The notes below the pieces were generated by a model that was given only the letters and a program-made list of their open reading frames with translations, had not been told where the DNA came from and searched no databases. Positions 1 to 9,595 of a stretch of DNA of 64,000 nt are shown piece by piece. The stretch's first letter is position 1. Every line of letters starts with the position of its first letter. The stretch is taken from positions 74,408-138,407 of the forward strand of contig CAZISM010000002.1 of the NCBI GenBank assembly GCA_964541895.1, given 5' to 3'. This DNA comes from an uncultured Cytophagia bacterium (GTDB lineage Bacteria; Zhuqueibacterota; Zhuqueibacteria; Residuimicrobiales; Residuimicrobiaceae). Made by a program: the position numbers and the translations under genes.

Positions 1-661
1 GTTGTTTAGAATTACGCCAGTGGGATATCGGCACAAGGTGATGGCCGCGCTGGAAAAAGATATTCTCGAAACCCGTCACGGACATCTCAACACCGGTATG
101 CACGGCAACTATTATATGGCCAGATATCTTATCCAACAACGGCGAAATGATTTGCTGACCGTGATGATGAGCAAAGACACCTACCCCAGCTACGGCTATA
201 TGTTGAAAAACGGCGCCACCACCATATGGGAAGAGTGGGATGGCGACAACTCGCAAATCCACAACACCATGATCTCCATCGGCATGTGGTTCATCGCCGG
301 ACTGGCCGGCATTCAGGTGGATGAAAACCATCCTGGTTTCAAGCATTTCACGATCGCGCCGGGCTTTGAAAGTGGATTGGGCAGTGTATCTGCCAGCTGC
401 ATGTCCCACTATGGAAATATCTCCAGCGCCTGGAAGCGGGAGGGCAATACCATCATGCTTGATATCGAGGTGCCCCCCAACAGTTCGGCTACCGTTATAT
501 TGCCGGCGATGAGTCTGGACAAGGTGCGGGAAGGCGGCCGTTCGTTACCTGAGCGGCCTGGAATTGTCAACGAGACAGTTCAGAATGGACTTGTTCGCTT
601 TGAGGTGGCTTCCGGAACCTATCATTTTACAATGGAGATGTTGCCGCAGCGCGCAAGGTAG
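1..661 (+). CDS. alpha-L-rhamnosidase (GH78), C-terminal part; 5' end lies outside the window
   Basis: Frame is open from the window edge (ORF 2..661, stop TAG 659-661). The translation carries the GH78 C-terminal pattern: YPSYGYMLKNGATTIWEEWDG resembles the conserved YPSWGYMVENGATTIWERW block, and HNTMISIGMWFIAGLAGI also fits. Confidence 0.6.
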   Translation, partial: LFRITPVGYRHKVMAALEKDILETRHGHLNTGMHGNYYMARYLIQQRRNDLLTVMMSKDTYPSYGYMLKNGATTIWEEWDGDNSQIHNTMISIGMWFIAGLAGIQVDENHPGFKHFTIAPGFESGLGSVSASCMSHYGNISSAWKREGNTIMLDIEVPPNSSATVILPAMSLDKVREGGRSLPERPGIVNETVQNGLVRFEVASGTYHFTMEMLPQRAR

Positions 662-727
662 TCCCCTTTTAACCTTGCTGTTGCCCTTGTGAATGGCTAA
701 ATTGCTGTCACGCTGGAATGAAAAATG

Positions 728-756
728 TAGGACACCTCAAGAAGTGTCCTATATTT
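728..756 (+). terminator. putative intrinsic terminator after the GH78 gene
   Basis: Perfect 8-bp stem taggacac / gtgtccta (728-735 and 744-751) with an 8-nt loop, followed by tattt. It lies 67 nt past the GH78 stop. Confidence 0.35.
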
Positions 757-824
757 AGCTCCACGATATCGCGAACTGGTGGTGATGTACTATTGGGCCA
801 CTATACAACATCCGCAACACCATA

Positions 825-3470
825 TTGCAGCAACAATCTGGACAGCGGATAAATAAATGGACCGTAACGCTTGCTGCCATGCGAGTGCCTATGTCATATA
901 CTATTCGAAAAAGTATTTTGCTTCTTATCGTATTTGCGGAGTTTGGCGCATTGGTCTCGCACGCAGCCATGACGAGCAAATATTTTGCCCATCCCGGGGT
1001 TGAAGACGGCTTTGGCGTCATTGCGCCCTGGTATAACGGCCAGAACGGCCAGTGTGACTGGCGCGTGCGCATCGCGGCCGAGACACTCAAACGATATCCC
1101 TGGGCAGAAGAACCTGTAGCCGTCATGCCGGCTCCTCATTACGTTTTTAATGGCCACTGGGCCATAAAACCCGATGGTACCATTCAGGTAAATCCACAGC
1201 TGCCGGATTGGCACAACGGCGACGTCGGCCAGCGATCGGTAAGCCTGATATTGGGTTTGACTGCGTACTACCGCTATACGGCAGATGCTGGCGTCATCGG
1301 CCCCATCACACGCGTGGCTGATTATCTGCTGGATTATTGTCAAACTCCGGCCGATCATCTCTGGCCAGGGTTTCCCATCAGCGCGCCGACTAAAGGCAAG
1401 GCCTACGGTGTGGCTGATCCGCACGGATTCATCCAGCTTGATTTGAGCGCCCAACTCGGCTCTGCCATGGTTGCAGCCTATAAGCTGACAGGCGTTCCGC
1501 GCTATCGCGAGGCGGTATGCCACTGGGCGGATTTGCTGGCGCAGCATTGCGACCCGCAAGCCGGTCAATCGCCGTGGAATCGTTATGCAAATCCTGAGGA
1601 CTGCAAATGGGATACACGGCAAACCGGTGGTATTTCTCTCATTCTGCAGTTTCTTGATGATGTTATTCGTCTCGGTTATACAGGCAAGGACAACGCGATA
1701 ATTGTTGCCCGTGATGCTGGCGATCGATATCTCCGCGACGTGCTGCTGGACGATTGGAGCAGCGATCCGACCTTTGGCCATCACTTTTGGGACTGGCTGA
1801 ATCCGGTGGCCACCTGTGCCGTGCCGTGCTATACCGCGCAATATATTATGAATCGTCCGCACGCTTTTCCGCTGTGGAAGACCGATATTCGAAATATGCT
1901 GTCGCTGTTTTTCTGTCGCGCCAGCGTCAATCCCGCTTCAGCAGGTGACGTCTATTCAGGCGCCTGGATGTTTCCCGAAGCCAGCAACTGCTGTGGCAAG
2001 TCGCTGCAATACCCGGTCATGTCGGTCGCTGCGACGATGGCGCGCTATGGTGCGGTGGCCGATTGTGCCTGGGCGCGCGAAGTGGCACGCCGACAAACTA
2101 TACTCTGCACCTATGATGCTCATGAAACCGGTGTCGTTGAAGATGGTATAGACGGCGGCGCCATTGTGGCCGGCGACTGGTTTAACCTGGCACATCCCTG
2201 GCCGTTACGACAGGTCATGGAATTCCTGGCCTGGCAGCCGGAACTATTTGGTGCGCAACGGGAAAATCATATTATGCGCAGCAGTTCGGTGGTTAACCAG
2301 ATCAGGTATGCAAAAGGTCGGATCAGCTACTCGACCTTTGATGCCCTTGCCCCTTGCCAGGATGTGTTGCGATTGTCCTTTTCGCCCCGCACCATTACCG
2401 CTGACGGCACGCCGCTCAAAAGAATTTCCGAACCGCATCAAAACGGTTATACCCTGCAACGCTTACCGGATGGAGATTTTATCGTTACGGTGCGTCATGA
2501 TGACTGTCGTGATGTGGTGATAGAAGGTAATGATCCGCAACAAATCGTCGAGGATGCTGATCTGGAATATAAAGGCCCCTGGCAAATCGAAGCAAATGCA
2601 GAGGCTTCGGCAGCTGCATTGCACGTATCCGCGCAGGTGAACGCGCGCGTACAATTTACTTTTAATGGAAACCAGGTCCGTCTGCTTGGTCGATTCGCTC
2701 CGGACGGCGGCAGAGCCGAGGTTTATCTGGATGGTGTCAAACAACTGTGCGGGATTGACTTTTGGTGTCCGCAGGTCCGAGATCAGCAGGTGCTGTGCTA
2801 CAAAAACGGACTGCAGCAGGGAAAGCACACTCTCGAAATTGTAACGCTGGGCACAAAGAATCCGGTTGCCAACGGAACCAGAGTGTATATCGATGCCGTA
2901 CAATGGTCCGCTGCTAAAGCTGGAAAACGGACCAATCCGGTACCTGGTCCTACTGAAGCACAACGGGTGATCTTTGGCTACGTGAAGAGGCAGGATTATG
3001 TGGATTCGCAGGGTCAAACCTGGCGGCCTGCCACCGAGTTTATCTGTCGGATAAAAGCGAATGCTGATCTTGTACCAGCCGCCTTTTGGACTGTACCGCG
3101 TCTTGATGCTGTTGCAGGTACTCCGGATGCGGAATTATACCGCTATGGAGTTCATGGTCCGGATTTCACGGCTTACTTTACGGTGGCTCCGCAACAGAGC
3201 TATCATGTTACGCTAAAGTTCTGCCAGAGCGAACAGCCTGAAAAAGCCGGTGGCTATGCCACCAGTGTTGCTATTCAAGGCCGCCGTGTCGTGTCGGATA
3301 TGGATATCGCCGCTTCTGCAGGGGGGGTGGCTAAAGCCATGGCGATCACTTTTTCAGATATAACGCCGAATCATGGCGTCATAGCGATTCGTTTCACCAA
3401 CAGAGATTCGGCCGACGCCATGATCCAGGCTATTGAAATTGCGCCCGGAAAAGGAGCAGCGCAGAAGTAA
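825..3470 (+). CDS. secreted glycan-active protein of unknown family with C-terminal beta-sandwich and malectin/CBM57-like domains; signal peptide suggests the true start is near 891
   Basis: 881-aa ORF. The internal segment MSYTIRKSILLLIVFAEFGALVSHAAM looks like a signal peptide starting at 891. The C-terminal 150 aa (AIQGRRVVSDMDIAASAGGVAKAMAITFSD...VIAIRF) resembles malectin-like carbohydrate-binding modules. The N-terminal 500 aa are unassigned. The long antisense ORF 894..1862 was rejected. Confidence 0.4.
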   Translation: MQQQSGQRINKWTVTLAAMRVPMSYTIRKSILLLIVFAEFGALVSHAAMTSKYFAHPGVEDGFGVIAPWYNGQNGQCDWRVRIAAETLKRYPWAEEPVAVMPAPHYVFNGHWAIKPDGTIQVNPQLPDWHNGDVGQRSVSLILGLTAYYRYTADAGVIGPITRVADYLLDYCQTPADHLWPGFPISAPTKGKAYGVADPHGFIQLDLSAQLGSAMVAAYKLTGVPRYREAVCHWADLLAQHCDPQAGQSPWNRYANPEDCKWDTRQTGGISLILQFLDDVIRLGYTGKDNAIIVARDAGDRYLRDVLLDDWSSDPTFGHHFWDWLNPVATCAVPCYTAQYIMNRPHAFPLWKTDIRNMLSLFFCRASVNPASAGDVYSGAWMFPEASNCCGKSLQYPVMSVAATMARYGAVADCAWAREVARRQTILCTYDAHETGVVEDGIDGGAIVAGDWFNLAHPWPLRQVMEFLAWQPELFGAQRENHIMRSSSVVNQIRYAKGRISYSTFDALAPCQDVLRLSFSPRTITADGTPLKRISEPHQNGYTLQRLPDGDFIVTVRHDDCRDVVIEGNDPQQIVEDADLEYKGPWQIEANAEASAAALHVSAQVNARVQFTFNGNQVRLLGRFAPDGGRAEVYLDGVKQLCGIDFWCPQVRDQQVLCYKNGLQQGKHTLEIVTLGTKNPVANGTRVYIDAVQWSAAKAGKRTNPVPGPTEAQRVIFGYVKRQDYVDSQGQTWRPATEFICRIKANADLVPAAFWTVPRLDAVAGTPDAELYRYGVHGPDFTAYFTVAPQQSYHVTLKFCQSEQPEKAGGYATSVAIQGRRVVSDMDIAASAGGVAKAMAITFSDITPNHGVIAIRFTNRDSADAMIQAIEIAPGKGAAQK
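3321..3327 (+). repeat. G7 homopolymer inside a CDS
   Basis: ggggggg at 3321-3327 inside the 825..3470 CDS (codons A-G-G-V). Confidence 0.9.
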
Positions 3471-3604
3471 TGAGAGGCATTGCCATCACTCTTCCAGCCA
3501 GGTCCGGTTCCTTGTTGAGTGGTAGGGGGTGACCTGGCGATTAGAAATAAACATGTGGAAAAAAATATTGCAGCGCGGCTCAACGGCTGCAGCAAAGGTG
3601 TGTT

Positions 3605-5911
3605 ATGACACGTGTGTGTAACTATCATTTTCGAAATCCCGGGCGGTCGGCTGTTTTGATCATCTGGTTGTTTGTGATCGGGGGGGGGTGCTTTTTAATG
3701 GCGGCTGATCAAGAACTGAACCTTTCGTCTGCCCGGGGTCTGGTTGAACAGGGTAAATATGATCAGGCTGCCAAATGGCTGCGCAAAGCTGCTGACAAGC
3801 CGCCGGATCAGGTCGACAAATTGCTGCTGCTGGCCCGGTGTTATGTCGGTCAAAACGAATGGGGGGATTTAAAGTCGTGCATGAAAAAATTGGAGCTGCT
3901 CAAACCCGAGGATCTGCATATTCCCTACTACCTGGGCATGGCGTTTCGCGAAAGCGGCAAATTCAAAGCTTTTATTTTGCGCGACCTCGATTGGAACAAA
4001 TCGGACACGTATTTCACTCACACGATCGAAACGGATTCCAGTTTCAAGGACGTGCTGTACCAGTATGCATTGCTGCAGAAATACCGTGAAAAGTATTTCG
4101 ATGCTGTGGTATGGGCGGAAAAGCAGCGCCGTTTTCATCCGGATGATTACACCGCTATGGTCGGCTTGCACCGGTTCTATGATTATTTGCTTTTTCATGA
4201 ATCAGAGACGGTTGCCCAATGGCTTGCACAACGGACGGATCTGGCTTACGGCCGGCTCTACCTTGGTGATCATTATCGGCGTAAGGGCGATCTGCCGCAA
4301 GCCGAAAAAATTCTAACCGGCATTATCGAACACCCCGATTCCACCCTGTCGGTCATTCCTGCCATTCTCTCCCTGGCGAGGTTGCATTATGGAAATCAAA
4401 AAGGCGGCATCGGTGAAGAATATTTTCAGTATGCCTTGAACAAAATCGTCACGCCCCTGGATGCCGCGCTGGTGCTCGAAGACCTCAAGTATATCCTTTC
4501 AGATTCCGAATGGATCAATTACAAGGTTTTGTCGTCTCCAGCGCAGCAAAAACTATTTTTCCGTAACGTGTTGCTGTCGCGCAATCCTCTGCCTGCTCTT
4601 AACGCTAATCCGCGATTAACAGAACATTACCGCCGTCTTTTAATGGCTGAAAAGCATTATCGTTATGACGGCTTCCGTACCTGGTTCAACAGTCCAGACA
4701 AACTTGCTTATCTGAGCTTCCCCCTGGTGTACCGGCTGAATGAAAAGTTCAACGACAAAGGCCTGGTATTACTGCGTCAGGGCGAGCCGGATGACCGGGC
4801 GGTGAGTCTGGGTGCGGAAATCAAACAAAACGAATCCTGGCTCTATCACGCTGCAGAGACACGCGAGAAAATGATGTTCCACTTTGTAATCGATGACAAT
4901 GCCACGGGCAATAATTGGCGTTTGACGGCGCTGTTGGATAAAAATATGCTGGACTCGCGGCTGCATTGGGATCATGTGTTTTTCAAGATGAACAACGCTA
5001 GTCCCCTGGAAGCTTTGCAGTACACCTCCGAGATGGGTGAATTGAGTCGTCGTTCGGTGGAGGCGGGCCTTACGACCGACCGGCACCGATGGAGCATGCC
5101 CATTACACCCATAAATTTCCCGCACTCGGTCTCGACGTTCAGAGGCCAGGATCTGAAAACACGCTATGAGGTTACCTACGGCATAACCGCCAGCCAGATT
5201 TGGCCGCGGGCTCTTACCGAGGCGAATCAGGATTATATTACGGTGGGATGCTCTGCTTTTGATCGAAATTGGAACACGGTCTATCACGTCCAGCGGATGT
5301 GGAAAGCAGAGGATATTATCAGGTCCTCGAACACCATCGGCTACTGGGCTGATCTATTCGCCTTTGAAGCGCACGCCGAGCCGCTGCATATCAGTCTTTT
5401 TGTATGGAACATTGCCGGCAAAGCCCTTGGAGGTTATCGATTTGAGTATCAGGGTCGAGCCTATCTGAAACAGACGGCCGATATGAGCGATTTGATGCTG
5501 GCTTATGATGTCCGGCCAGACACCTCGCAAAGCATATTTAATAAACGCGGCCTGAGAATATATCCTCAGCCGTCATTCGTTTTCGGCAAAAGCCGATTGC
5601 TTTACACGTATTTTGAACTGTATGATCTGCCCCTCGGCAGCAGCGGCCGATTCAATTTTGAAGTGCAATACAAATTGAACTGGCTGGGCAAATCCGATAA
5701 GGAGGCCAAGAAAAACAAAGGCCGTTCCCGCAAAGTGAAAACAATCACGTCTTCAACCGTGCAGCGAGCGGTAACAACGACAGATCAGGCAGAGTATCTG
5801 GCTCTGGACATGCGCCAAAAGGAGCCGGGTTGGTATGAACTCGCCGTACAGGTGACTTCCGATATGCCTGTTTTGAAGTTAATCCGTACCATCGAGTTCG
5901 AATTACGCTGA
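3605..5911 (+). CDS. TPR-repeat protein with possible GWxTD-type domain, signal-peptide-like N-terminus
   Basis: 768-aa ORF. N-terminal hydrophobic stretch LIIWLFVIGGGCFLMAAD. TPR-like segments (AAKWLRKAAD...ARCYVGQNEW..., YYLGMAFRESGKF). A mid-protein block HYRRLL...GFRTWFNSPDK...GLVLLRQGEPDD...ESWLYH resembles the GWxTD domain consensus. It is TGA-ATG abutted to the downstream TonB-like gene. Confidence 0.4.
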   Translation: MTRVCNYHFRNPGRSAVLIIWLFVIGGGCFLMAADQELNLSSARGLVEQGKYDQAAKWLRKAADKPPDQVDKLLLLARCYVGQNEWGDLKSCMKKLELLKPEDLHIPYYLGMAFRESGKFKAFILRDLDWNKSDTYFTHTIETDSSFKDVLYQYALLQKYREKYFDAVVWAEKQRRFHPDDYTAMVGLHRFYDYLLFHESETVAQWLAQRTDLAYGRLYLGDHYRRKGDLPQAEKILTGIIEHPDSTLSVIPAILSLARLHYGNQKGGIGEEYFQYALNKIVTPLDAALVLEDLKYILSDSEWINYKVLSSPAQQKLFFRNVLLSRNPLPALNANPRLTEHYRRLLMAEKHYRYDGFRTWFNSPDKLAYLSFPLVYRLNEKFNDKGLVLLRQGEPDDRAVSLGAEIKQNESWLYHAAETREKMMFHFVIDDNATGNNWRLTALLDKNMLDSRLHWDHVFFKMNNASPLEALQYTSEMGELSRRSVEAGLTTDRHRWSMPITPINFPHSVSTFRGQDLKTRYEVTYGITASQIWPRALTEANQDYITVGCSAFDRNWNTVYHVQRMWKAEDIIRSSNTIGYWADLFAFEAHAEPLHISLFVWNIAGKALGGYRFEYQGRAYLKQTADMSDLMLAYDVRPDTSQSIFNKRGLRIYPQPSFVFGKSRLLYTYFELYDLPLGSSGRFNFEVQYKLNWLGKSDKEAKKNKGRSRKVKTITSSTVQRAVTTTDQAEYLALDMRQKEPGWYELAVQVTSDMPVLKLIRTIEFELR
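3680..3688 (+). repeat. G9 homopolymer tract in the 5' end (signal-peptide region) of the 3605..5911 CDS
   Basis: ggggggggg at 3680-3688, encoding I-G-G-G-C within the hydrophobic N-terminus. Confidence 0.9.
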
Positions 5912-6643
5912 ATGGGTATGAACGACACTCACGGACATGGTTACCTTCTTGCGGGTTATTACAAGCGGGTGCTGATCTCTTTTCTGGCCGCTGTGGCTGT
6001 GATCATGACCATTCTTTTCAGGCTGCCGCCATCCGACCAGTATGCGCCCGAGCACGGAATAAAAAATGTGGTCATCGATTTATACGCTCTGTCCCTGGAG
6101 GAGTCGTCTGCGCAGGGAGGCGGAGGCGGTGGTGGATCCCGCAGGCCGGATGATAAGGCCCCCCGCGCTGACCTGCAGCGCCATGCCATGCCTACACCGG
6201 TTCCGACCGCCGCCGCTGATAGCAGCGTGGCTCTTGCACAGACGGATGGTCCAGGCGAGGGGATCGGCGGCGGCGGCGGCCAGGGCGGTGGTTACGGCAG
6301 TGGTCGGGGCGACGGCATCGGTGATGGCGTCGGCCGCGGCAGGGGCTTTGCCGCGCCGGATACGCTGCCACCGCGCCCGCTGGTCCAGGTTATGCCGGAG
6401 CACCCTCGTTCAGGGCCTGACCGCAAGGCGGTTGGTAGTGTCAGGTTAAAAATTAGAGTCAATGATCGCGGAGAGGTTGACCAGGTAGAGGTAGTGCTCA
6501 ACACTACTGGCAGCACGGTGTGTGAACAAAAAGCTGTTGAGGCGGCGTTGCAGAGTCGATATCAGCCGGCCCGTGTGCAGCTCAAATCTGTGGCGGCGTG
6601 GACCATGATTGAATATGGATTCAATAATAATTCCAGACCTTGA
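5912..6643 (+). CDS. TonB-family energy transducer (N-terminal TM anchor, Gly/Pro-rich spacer, TonB C-terminal domain)
   Basis: 243 aa. TM helix VLISFLAAVAVIMTILF, then a low-complexity GGGGGGGS...PTPVPTAAAD...GIGGGGGQGGGYGSGRGDG linker, then a C-terminal block (VGSVRLKIRVNDRGEV...VEVVLNTTGSTVCEQKAVEAALQSRYQP) typical of TonB_C. Start ATG abuts the TGA of the upstream gene. Confidence 0.6.
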   Translation: MGMNDTHGHGYLLAGYYKRVLISFLAAVAVIMTILFRLPPSDQYAPEHGIKNVVIDLYALSLEESSAQGGGGGGGSRRPDDKAPRADLQRHAMPTPVPTAAADSSVALAQTDGPGEGIGGGGGQGGGYGSGRGDGIGDGVGRGRGFAAPDTLPPRPLVQVMPEHPRSGPDRKAVGSVRLKIRVNDRGEVDQVEVVLNTTGSTVCEQKAVEAALQSRYQPARVQLKSVAAWTMIEYGFNNNSRP

Positions 6644-6731
6644 GCGACCATGACTAAAGGGCCCGAACGGCATCATGACCTTCTCGGGAGGCCTGGTTTC
6701 AGCAATCGGACAACTATCAGGGAGTTGCTGT

Positions 6732-8534
6732 ATGGTTAAGCGACGAACGGCTAGGTTTGCAGTGTTGATGGTGATCGCCGGATTTACGGTACGGGCGGCA
6801 GAAGAGTGGTCCGGCCGCTATGTCGATGTGGCTGATATGGAGGCCATGGCCAGGCATGTCGAAGAACGGCTCGCGGGTGAGGCCGATGCCGCTTCTTTCC
6901 ATCAATTTCGTACCCTCTGCCTGGCGTTCAGAGCTCAAAAAAACTATGCCCGCCCGTTTGTTGACGTCGTGCTGGATGTTCTCATTACGGCCCCTGGCGG
7001 AACGATCTTTCGTGTGCCGGCGTTTTATGATGGCGGAGGTACGTGGAAGGTTCGCTACATGCCTGCACAGAAAGGGCGGTATCATTATAAAACGATCTGC
7101 AATGCTGTTGCGGATGCGGGTTTGCACGAAAAGAGCGGCTCTTTTACAGTGGCGGGTCCTGCAACGGGCAACGACCTTGCCAAACATGGCGGGCATCTGC
7201 AGGTGTCTGACAGCAAACGTTTTCTGACCTTTAGTGATGGTACGCCGTTTTTTTGGCTTTCCGACACCTATTGGTTTGTGCCCACCGGGAATATGCCGTA
7301 TGACTCTTCTTCCAATCCCCATTTCAAATCCATGTATCAGTTATGTGTCGCCTTGCGAAAGAAGCAGGGCTTTAATGCTTTGACCATCGGCTTTCTCGGC
7401 GACCGCCCGGAACTGCGCGCCGGTATGGATTCCGGTGCCAGATCCATTCATGGCAAGGAGGACCTCTGGGGCGTGGAGCAATGGACCGAGCAGGCGCTCG
7501 GCTTTTGGCAAAAAGCTGATCGCTATATTCTCTATGCCAACGAGGCCGGATGCGTGGTCACGATGAATCTGATCTGGGCCAACGATTTTTTATCCTTTGT
7601 ACAATCCGGCAGAACTCGGGAGCAAGTGATAGAGATGGTCAAACCCGTTCACCGCTATGTCATGGCCAGGCTGGGATCCTATGCTATCCTCTGGCACGTA
7701 ACCGCCGAATATAACCATGGCGACAACATCAAAGCGGGCTTAGAGGCAGCGCACCTGCAGGTGGGCCGCTATCTTCGTGAGATCGATCCCTATAAAGACC
7801 GACCCATGACCATCTTCTCCTGGCCTGGTCATATGGCCGGGGCTGAAGATGCCTTTGCTGAGGATTGGTACCAGCTGAGACTGGCCCAGGGCGGCCATTT
7901 TCGCGCACCCTGGCAGGCGGCGAGTTACCAGTGGTTGCTGGAGTGGTATAACCATAAACGGGTCATGCCGCTGCTGGTGGGCGAGCACAACTTTGAGCGC
8001 ATTTATGAAAAGAAAGATGATGCCGGCGATGTGCGGGCTGCCGCCTGGCGTGGGATGATGTGCGGTTCCTGCGGTTATACCTATGGCGCGACCGGATTAT
8101 GGTACCCGAACCGGGACGAAAATGACAAGGCGATGAAATCCTGGGGCAATGTGGCCTGGTGGCATGCTTTGGATTATCCCGGCGCCGCTCATATGACGGT
8201 GATGCGCCATTTCTTTGCGCAATATCGCTGGTGGGACCTGCAACCCTGCATGGATTTGCTTTCGGTCGTGCCCGCACCGTTATCTGACCATGCCATGCCT
8301 ACAGCCTGCCGCCTCGGCGATACACTTTTGCTCATCTACATACCCGGTGCTCTCGATCGCGATGCCGGCCTTTTCCTGCAGAGCCAAAAGGCCAGACGGC
8401 GTTGCTCGTTCTTTAATCCGCGGAATGGCGTCAGCACAGAATGTGTGACCCTCAGCAAGGCGCAGACCGCTGATGCACTGATCCGGCTGCCGCAGCGGCC
8501 TGATGAACTGGATTGGGTGATTGTGCTGGAGTAA
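6732..8534 (+). CDS. DUF5060/DUF4038 (GH140-like) putative glycoside hydrolase, secreted
   Basis: ORF 6675..8534. The internal ATG at 6732 is preceded by AGGAG and followed by the signal peptide MVKRRTARFAVLMVIAGFTVRAAE. An N-terminal beta-sandwich (GGTWKVRYMPAQKGRYHYKT) is followed by a TIM-barrel part with FFWLSDTYWFV, the layout of DUF4038/GH140 proteins. Confidence 0.5.
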   Translation: MVKRRTARFAVLMVIAGFTVRAAEEWSGRYVDVADMEAMARHVEERLAGEADAASFHQFRTLCLAFRAQKNYARPFVDVVLDVLITAPGGTIFRVPAFYDGGGTWKVRYMPAQKGRYHYKTICNAVADAGLHEKSGSFTVAGPATGNDLAKHGGHLQVSDSKRFLTFSDGTPFFWLSDTYWFVPTGNMPYDSSSNPHFKSMYQLCVALRKKQGFNALTIGFLGDRPELRAGMDSGARSIHGKEDLWGVEQWTEQALGFWQKADRYILYANEAGCVVTMNLIWANDFLSFVQSGRTREQVIEMVKPVHRYVMARLGSYAILWHVTAEYNHGDNIKAGLEAAHLQVGRYLREIDPYKDRPMTIFSWPGHMAGAEDAFAEDWYQLRLAQGGHFRAPWQAASYQWLLEWYNHKRVMPLLVGEHNFERIYEKKDDAGDVRAAAWRGMMCGSCGYTYGATGLWYPNRDENDKAMKSWGNVAWWHALDYPGAAHMTVMRHFFAQYRWWDLQPCMDLLSVVPAPLSDHAMPTACRLGDTLLLIYIPGALDRDAGLFLQSQKARRRCSFFNPRNGVSTECVTLSKAQTADALIRLPQRPDELDWVIVLE

Positions 8535-8746
8535 TCAGCAAGCAACCACATAATGAAGCATCGATGTCGTGATTTGAAATCGATTATCAGGAGAGACTAT
8601 GAAATTGATTTCTTTTTCTTTGCAATTCAGAGAGAGATTTATTAATTTCTCATATGCTCACGTTAGCGAAAACGTTAGTGTAAAAGGTGAGCAAACAAAA
8701 GAGATGGACATTTTAGGCCTGGCTGGGGCGCAGGAGCAAGGCCTTA

Positions 8747-9466
8747 TCAGTAACGCAGTGATGTCGCCTTTATCCCTTCATATAATTGCCGTCTGGCCAG
8801 GGGAACATGGGCACTGTCGCTATAGATTATCTCCTGTTGCCGGCTCTGCCATTGGTGGCTGTCCAGCACGGTCAACTCCTGGACCCATTTGGCCCATTTA
8901 TAGCCGTACAGGCCCAAAGCGGTCAACCGCAAAGGCAGGCCGTCATGGCCGGCTAATGGTTTGCCGTTCACCTGATAGGCCAGGAGCGAACGGTATTTGG
9001 TCAGATAGGAAATCGGCAGGCTTGTGGTATAGCCATCCAGGGAACGAAACAGAACATACCGGGCTTTTGTTCTCACCCGGGCTTTCTGCAGCAGATCGGC
9101 AACGGGGACGCCTTTCCAGACGCCCCAGACTTGCCAACCCTCGATGCAGTACATGAGGAGCGTGTCTGTTGCTGCAGCCGGCAGGTGCACGAGCTCGTCC
9201 CAGCTCAGGGCGAAGGACGAGTCGACCTCACCGGTGATGGTAAGCCTATAGGATACGACATCGAATTCAGGCTGGCCGAATTGACTTCGAACCGGCCCCC
9301 CTTCCGCTGCTTTATTAAAACCGCCGTTGGGAGTGGCGCCGGTCACAGCCTCCGTTCCGCCGGGCTGGACAGTCATGGCAGGTTTATGGTCTTCTGAGCA
9401 GCGTATGGCGGTCAGAAAGAAAGCTGCTGCGGTCAGTAACCGGTGCAAAGATTTTTCTAATGGCAT
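8747..9466 (-). CDS. molybdopterin-dependent oxidoreductase domain protein (sulfite-oxidase/YedY-like Mo-binding domain), exported
   Basis: 239 aa with an N-terminal signal-like stretch. The core FDVVSYRLTITGEVDSSFALSWDELVHLP...LLMYCIEGWQVWGVWKGVPVADLL...GKPLAGHDGLPLRLTALGLYGYKWAKWVQELTV matches the Oxidored_molyb fold (Mo-ligand Cys inside MYCIEGW). No heme partner gene is adjacent. Confidence 0.6.
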   Translation of the reverse strand: MPLEKSLHRLLTAAAFFLTAIRCSEDHKPAMTVQPGGTEAVTGATPNGGFNKAAEGGPVRSQFGQPEFDVVSYRLTITGEVDSSFALSWDELVHLPAAATDTLLMYCIEGWQVWGVWKGVPVADLLQKARVRTKARYVLFRSLDGYTTSLPISYLTKYRSLLAYQVNGKPLAGHDGLPLRLTALGLYGYKWAKWVQELTVLDSHQWQSRQQEIIYSDSAHVPLARRQLYEGIKATSLRY

Positions 9467-9595
9467 GGTCTGTTCCTGAAAGACTTTGAATCAATAATAA
9501 AAAGTTAGGAGAATTATCCAAAGCTGAAAATGAAAAATGCAGATCATAGATGTTCGGTAGCAACTTGCAGCGAACGACCGTTCAAGGAGGTTTCC

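Noticed and set aside
894-1862. 322-aa ORF on the minus strand
   Set aside because: Lies entirely antisense to the 825..3470 gene. Typical GC-rich shadow ORF with Arg/Ala/Gly-skewed composition and no motifs.
6066-6449. overlapping ORFs in both strands across the TonB Gly-rich linker
   Set aside because: Low-complexity GGN repeats create open frames in several phases. The TonB frame has both TM anchor and TonB_C domain.
8599-9156. 185-aa plus-strand ORF
   Set aside because: Overlaps the well-supported minus-strand Mo-oxidoreductase gene. Pro/Arg/Gly-rich translation with no domain features.
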